Shown here: positions 60,001 to 64,000 of the stretch, one piece after another
Layout: every line of letters begins with the position of its first letter
How positions within the stretch are numbered: the stretch's first letter is position 1
NCBI GenBank assembly: GCA_002269645.1
Contig: NIVC01002289.1
Coordinates: 122,501-186,500 of the forward strand
Direction: 5' to 3'
Length of the DNA stretch: 64,000 bases
From: Macrostomum lignano
Lineage: Eukaryota
Translations under genes and position numbers: made by a program
Notes under the pieces: generated by a model
Database searches by the model: none
The model's input: the letters and a program-made list of their open reading frames with translations, nothing else
What the model was told of the DNA's origin: nothing

Positions 60001-61427
60001 CACTTGATCCTTGGTCTAGGGGAAAGAGTGAGTGAGTAGCACAAACAACAGAAAAAGCAGACAAACTTCACATGCCTACAGTTTCTGTTCTGAGGTACAA
60101 AGTTGAGACTTTATATTTAGACAGAGAATGAGTAAATGAAGAATTGTATCAAGTTTGAAGTCAATTGCTGTATGTGGAGCAAACTTATGGCAGCTGAAAA
60201 TTAGTTAATTTTAAATCCCTTTCACACATCCATCCAGTGGTCAGGAAGGAGAGAGAGGCGGAGGTTTGGGTGGCTGTCTTGCTGACAAAAAGCAGACTAA
60301 CTTTAAAAGTACACAGTGCGATTCAGAATTAACTTCGAGACTCAAAACTTTATACACAATTGTGTCAAAATAGTTGAAAATTGGATCGTGTCCAATTTGA
60401 AGAGGATTTGTAAAGGTAAAATTGGAGCGACGCTATAGAGGATTTAGTGAAATTCTTGCGAAACTGGATAAGCAAATTGTCTCTAGCTAATTACAACTTC
60501 CTGAGTTCAGCTAGCCAAATTGCTGCTTGCCAGTTTTGGTTGGATTCTTGCTAGCAGATTTTGGCTAGCTAAATCCTCACAAGCAAAATTCCTGCTAGCA
60601 ACTTTTGGCCAGCAAAATTCTTGCTAGCAAATCTCGGCTAGCAAAATCTTTGCTGGCAAAATTTGTGCTAGCAAGCTTTGGCTAGCAAACTTTGGCTAGC
60701 AGATCTCGGCTAGCAAACCTTAGCTAGCAAGTTTTGGCTAGCAAATTTCTCACTAGCAAACTTGTACTCCCAAAGAATTCTTTATAACTTAAAATTTAAA
60801 AATAATAATTTAAAAATAATAATAAATTTATTAGTTTAGTCAGATAGCCTTTTTAGCAAGAATTTAAGCTTAGAATTATGAAACAAATGATTTATTATTG
60901 TAATAATACATTTAGCAATTCAAATTAACTTTAGCAAGAAAAAAACCAGCACTAAGTTTTCAACTTTCCCAATACAAAAGTTTTAAAAATCCATTTTATT
61001 AAATTAAATACAAAAGTGAAATTACTATAAACAATAGATATAAATAACTTTGACTACAAGCTATAATCATTTATTAAAGTATACAAGATATTATTAAAAA
61101 GTTTATACAAGGATGTGTTATTCATTTCATAAGCCTATATCCTTAATTTTTATCCATTTATTTATCAATCTCATCATTTTATTTATATTGTATTATCATT
61201 GCAATGTAAAATTTGATGTTTAAATTTTTAACTTATTAAAAGAACACTCAAATTTGAAGAGATGTTTAAAGTATCATAGTTATTAAGTAGCGAAGTGCAA
61301 AACATAACTCCACTTTTAATGTAAAAAATGCCAATTAGAAAGGTTAACTTTGTAAACTAAGTCTAAACAGCCTGGATGTTTGTCAGCATACCCAAAGTCT
61401 GTTGTCCCACGTTGAAGTAGCTGTCAT
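48066..61427 (-). CDS. CIP4: CIP4/Toca-1/FNBP1-family F-BAR-HR1-SH3 protein; exons 61427-61392, 58180-58062, 57979-57926, 56807-56366, 56019-55624, (unresolved exon(s) in 55623-55086), 55085-55003, 54921-54780, 53471-53274, 53177-53095, 48369-48066
   Basis: MTATSTWDNRLW|DTYN...FLERRCKIEEKYAKEIK (FCH); ELTALANQHENL; PLPGDAPFED; LGPAQQKRKLEEQL...EGLKKLRQTYQHHP (HR1); MLYDF...GYVPTAYYE (SH3). Phases are consistent at GT-AG sites except in the unresolved segment. Confidence 0.9.
48410..52980. repeat. 4.6-kb 23-bp purine-rich minisatellite (GAATTCTCATAGGGAGAGAAGAG)n
   Basis: About 200 copies with recurring variant blocks, filling the last CIP4 intron. Most units carry an EcoRI site. Confidence 0.97.
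53490..54772. repeat. 31-bp minisatellite (GCTAACAGCCAGTCTGAG(C/A)TATTTATCCAG(G/T))n
   Basis: About 41 copies filling almost all of intron 53472-54779. Confidence 0.97.
56100..56360. repeat. ~26-30-bp C-rich tandem repeat (AGACTGGCCGGTC...CCCC)
   Basis: About 9 degenerate copies in intron 56020-56365. Confidence 0.85.
56845..57330. repeat. 29-30-bp minisatellite (GTCCAGGGCGATTCTTGAGGGGGAAGGGCA)n
   Basis: About 16 copies in intron 56808-57925. Confidence 0.93.
58662..58779 (+). promoter_or_regulatory. Cluster of three perfect 3-unit heat-shock elements with a TATA-like and an inverted CCAAT motif
   Basis: tTTCtaGAAacTTCc (58662-58676), gTTCcaGAAgtTTCc (58700-58714), tTTCtaGAAatTTCc (58725-58739), CATAAATA (58751-58758) and ATTGG (58775-58779). 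Confidence 0.6.
59506..60771. mobile_element. Foldback/Mutator-like non-autonomous element with inverted arrays of a ~15-bp GCTAGC unit and a 9-bp TSD
   Basis: The left array (AAATTTGCTAGCCAA)n at ~59515-59710 mirrors the right array (TTGGCTAGCAAATTT)n at ~60545-60760. Ends are GGG...CCC. Flanks GAAGAATTC (59497-59505) and AAAGAATTC (60772-60780) match at 8 of 9 positions. Confidence 0.72.
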
Positions 61428-62471
61428 TTTCGTGCCGTGCCTCTTATATTATAGGTTTAAATAATTTTGGTGTTCAAATTAGTTATTAAAAGTAAAGTAT
61501 TCTACGGTGCTGTCGGTGCACGACTAGAAACAGGAAATAATTTTATCGTTGTAAAAAGGCTGAAAATATTATTTCAAGTGTCACAAAGAGGAATCTCCTA
61601 AGTTATATAAACCATTCTCATCCGCTAAAAATATCTAATTAACTTTTCTTTTTGACCGTTCTTTCACAGTGAATTGCGTATGACACTTAAGAAGTAATAA
61701 CCACAGCTTGAGTTTTTAAGGGCGGGCCGATTTTCATTTCTTGGCAATAAGCCTATTTGAATTCACATTAAGGTGAAGATTAAATTAGTTTTTTACGGAT
61801 TTAAAAACAGTCTGGTTTAATTTGTTTTTAATTTTTTTATTATTATTTAGTTATAGCTTTCAATAAATACAGCTTCTAAAAACTTTTTGCGTTTGGTTTG
61901 GTTTAACGTTTAAATAATTTCACGTCGGTTCGTGCCGGTTTGTTCAAAATGCATATTGCAAATCTTTTTAGTCTGCACCTAATCTCAGTGCTTCTGAGAG
62001 GTGTCAGTGCGTGCTAAAAAAACAATAATAGATCTTGTCTTCGGAAGTATCAAAGTACGATTTAACGAGGCTATAATTAAATTGCAATCGAGTAATGACA
62101 GCTTAGTACCGTGATACGTGTGAGACTTAGAAAAAATGAGTGTACATTACATGCACACATTTACATATGACTTCAGCAAAATCTTTAACTTCTGGTTCAT
62201 CCTTGCTTTGTTTAATCACAATAATTTAAAGACAATATGAAGTTCTCTCAGAAGGGCTAATACAATATATTTGAAAATTCGGAAACTGTAACGGTTTTTT
62301 GTAATATAGGCATGCCACGGCATTAGTGAACTACTTACATTACTGGAGTAATTACTTGTTATTTTATCAATGGTTTTAATTTAGAGGGATTCAGAAAGTA
62401 GCATACTTGTGGGTAGCCTGTTCAGCTAAATGTAGCTGCACGAAGTTGCAAAGCCATAATGTCAAATTGAC

Positions 62472-63297
62472 TCACAGTGATGTGCCTTTCAGCCAACGCC
62501 AAATATATAGAAAAAGATTTAAAACGTTGCACATGAAGGAACAACAAACAGATACGCCAACAAAAATGGTGTAATAGTTTTGAAAACACAACTCTTGTCT
62601 GCTCAGAGTTTTGTACGCGTAATAAATTCATTATGTCAGCATCGGAGCCGCGCAGAGTTCCATATCTGTCTCCATGGTACAGCCGCACCTGATCGTTGGC
62701 TTTAGCTATGCTGCACCTGGCCGCATAGCCCATAAATAGCGAGATTAGAAACAAAGCAAAGTAGGCCGTGATGGCAATCTGGACACCGGCAATCAGGCAG
62801 AATGCTCGCTTCTCCGCATTGCGAAAGCTTTGCATCCTGGACGTGCGAAAGTCCAACAGGAGAACGCGGAGGCAGCAGTGCTGACACACGCCCGATCGTG
62901 GTCGGGTCACGGCCGGCTCGGGAGTCGCCTTCAAGCTGTCCTCAGCATCGCTAATGGCGGGCTCTTCGTGGTGCCGGGCAGCAGTTTCCGGGGTGTCGGG
63001 ACAGCAGCAGGCATTGTTGCACCAGGCGCTACAGAGACCGGCTGCCACTGCGTACAGCCATCCGAGCAACAGAGGCCATACCGTCTGGAAGATGGCGTGG
63101 AAGGCTAAGAACACGTTGCACACCGGAAGGCTGTCCTCGTTGATGCCCGAGTCCTTCGCGTCAATCTTGAGGTAGAGCGGGCAGATGCCCTCAAACTTAG
63201 TGAAAATCTCTAAGGCGAAGACAATCGTGAAGATCAGGCCAGCAGTGAAGTTGAACAAGTAGATGGCAGTGTGAAGAGTGCCGATTTTAATGCTCAT
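62472..63297 (-). CDS. Four-TM membrane protein, TMEM179-like; the true C-terminus is probably in a shifted frame ending at 62472
   Basis: TM1 followed by FEGICPLY...C, TM2, a Cys-rich loop, and TM3 ending FMGYAARC. An alternative frame from ~62630 gives YYAYKTLSRQELCFQNYYTIFVGVSVCCSFMCNVLNLFLYIWRWLKGTSL*, a plausible TM4. Confidence 0.6.
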
Positions 63298-63839
63298 TTT
63301 TCTAGAATATCTGATTCAGATTTCTATATATTTGCAGGAACAGTGCCAAAAGTTTTTTGTTATAAAAACTACACCAAATTGCCACTCTGGTCTGAGATTG
63401 CTGATTAATCAGACATTTGAACTTGCAGCTGCTTTGACCATAGACAATAAAGCTACTACACACTGTGTTGTATTAACCGTTAGATTAAGCATGAAAGCAT
63501 CGATGATTTATTATACCAAGAAATTTTATCGGGAGGAGAGGTATTTTGTCTATGGTAAAAAGTGCTGGCTTATTGATGCACACTTTGGGGGAATGTGTTA
63601 ATTTCTTTATTACACATACATTATTGAGCAAAAAGGAACGAAGTAGCCAATTCTTACACTGCTATACTACTTATTCTCGTAGTAGCTTAAAGGTACATGT
63701 ACAAAACATCTACTGGTCTATAGCGTCTTTCTCCTTGTCCTTGTCGATGCTTTAGCAGTATAGATTTTTTAATCTCTCATTATAGTTTAATTTATTGTTC
63801 ACCTCTATCCACACATCCTACTAAGATTTAAACTTTAGG

Positions 63840-64000
63840 TTATGATTTTAGTTCCGCTTCAGTATGAGTTTTAGTTCAGCTTCAGTCTGCATTTTAGTTC
63901 AGCTTCAGTCTGAGTTTTAGTTCAGCTACAGTCTGAGTTTTCGTTCAGCTTCAGCTTCACTCTCAGTTTTAGTTCAGCTTCAGTCTGCATTTTAGTTCAG
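63840..64000. repeat. ~23-bp tandem repeat (TTTTAGTTCAGCTTCAGTCTGAG)n running off the window
   Basis: About 7 degenerate copies. Confidence 0.85.

Noticed and set aside
63278-63755. Short AT-rich plus-strand ORFs
   Set aside because: No motifs; this is probably the promoter/5' region of the TMEM179-like gene.

Overview
This is eukaryotic animal genomic DNA with GC-rich exons and AT-rich or minisatellite-filled introns. The style resembles the flatworm Macrostomum lignano, but that is inference. Nine host genes can be reconstructed from splice sites and family motifs: a ZNRF1/2 RING E3 (3' part), a mARC/MOSC protein, an intronless class A GPCR, RasGEF1, SLC35B4, an uncharacterised membrane-anchored RDHS(Y/W)G protein, a secreted PAN+LamG-like protein, a CIP4/Toca F-BAR-HR1-SH3 protein and a TMEM179-like protein. 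Mobile DNA includes an intact DD34D mariner with ~194-bp TIRs, a deleted mariner, several MITE/foldback elements and a full-length 5.74-kb LOA-like LINE (39698-45440) with a 12-bp TSD. The strongest novel observation is at the 5' end of that LINE. A complete HDV-like ribozyme fold begins exactly at the TSD-defined first base and is followed by a strong splice acceptor 2 nt before the ORF1 ATG. ORF1 and ORF2 meet at a TGATAATG junction. Other items are a cluster of three perfect heat-shock elements in an intron, an 18S rRNA fragment and a coding-like remnant present in three copies. No database searches or folding programs were run; family names come from motif recognition.
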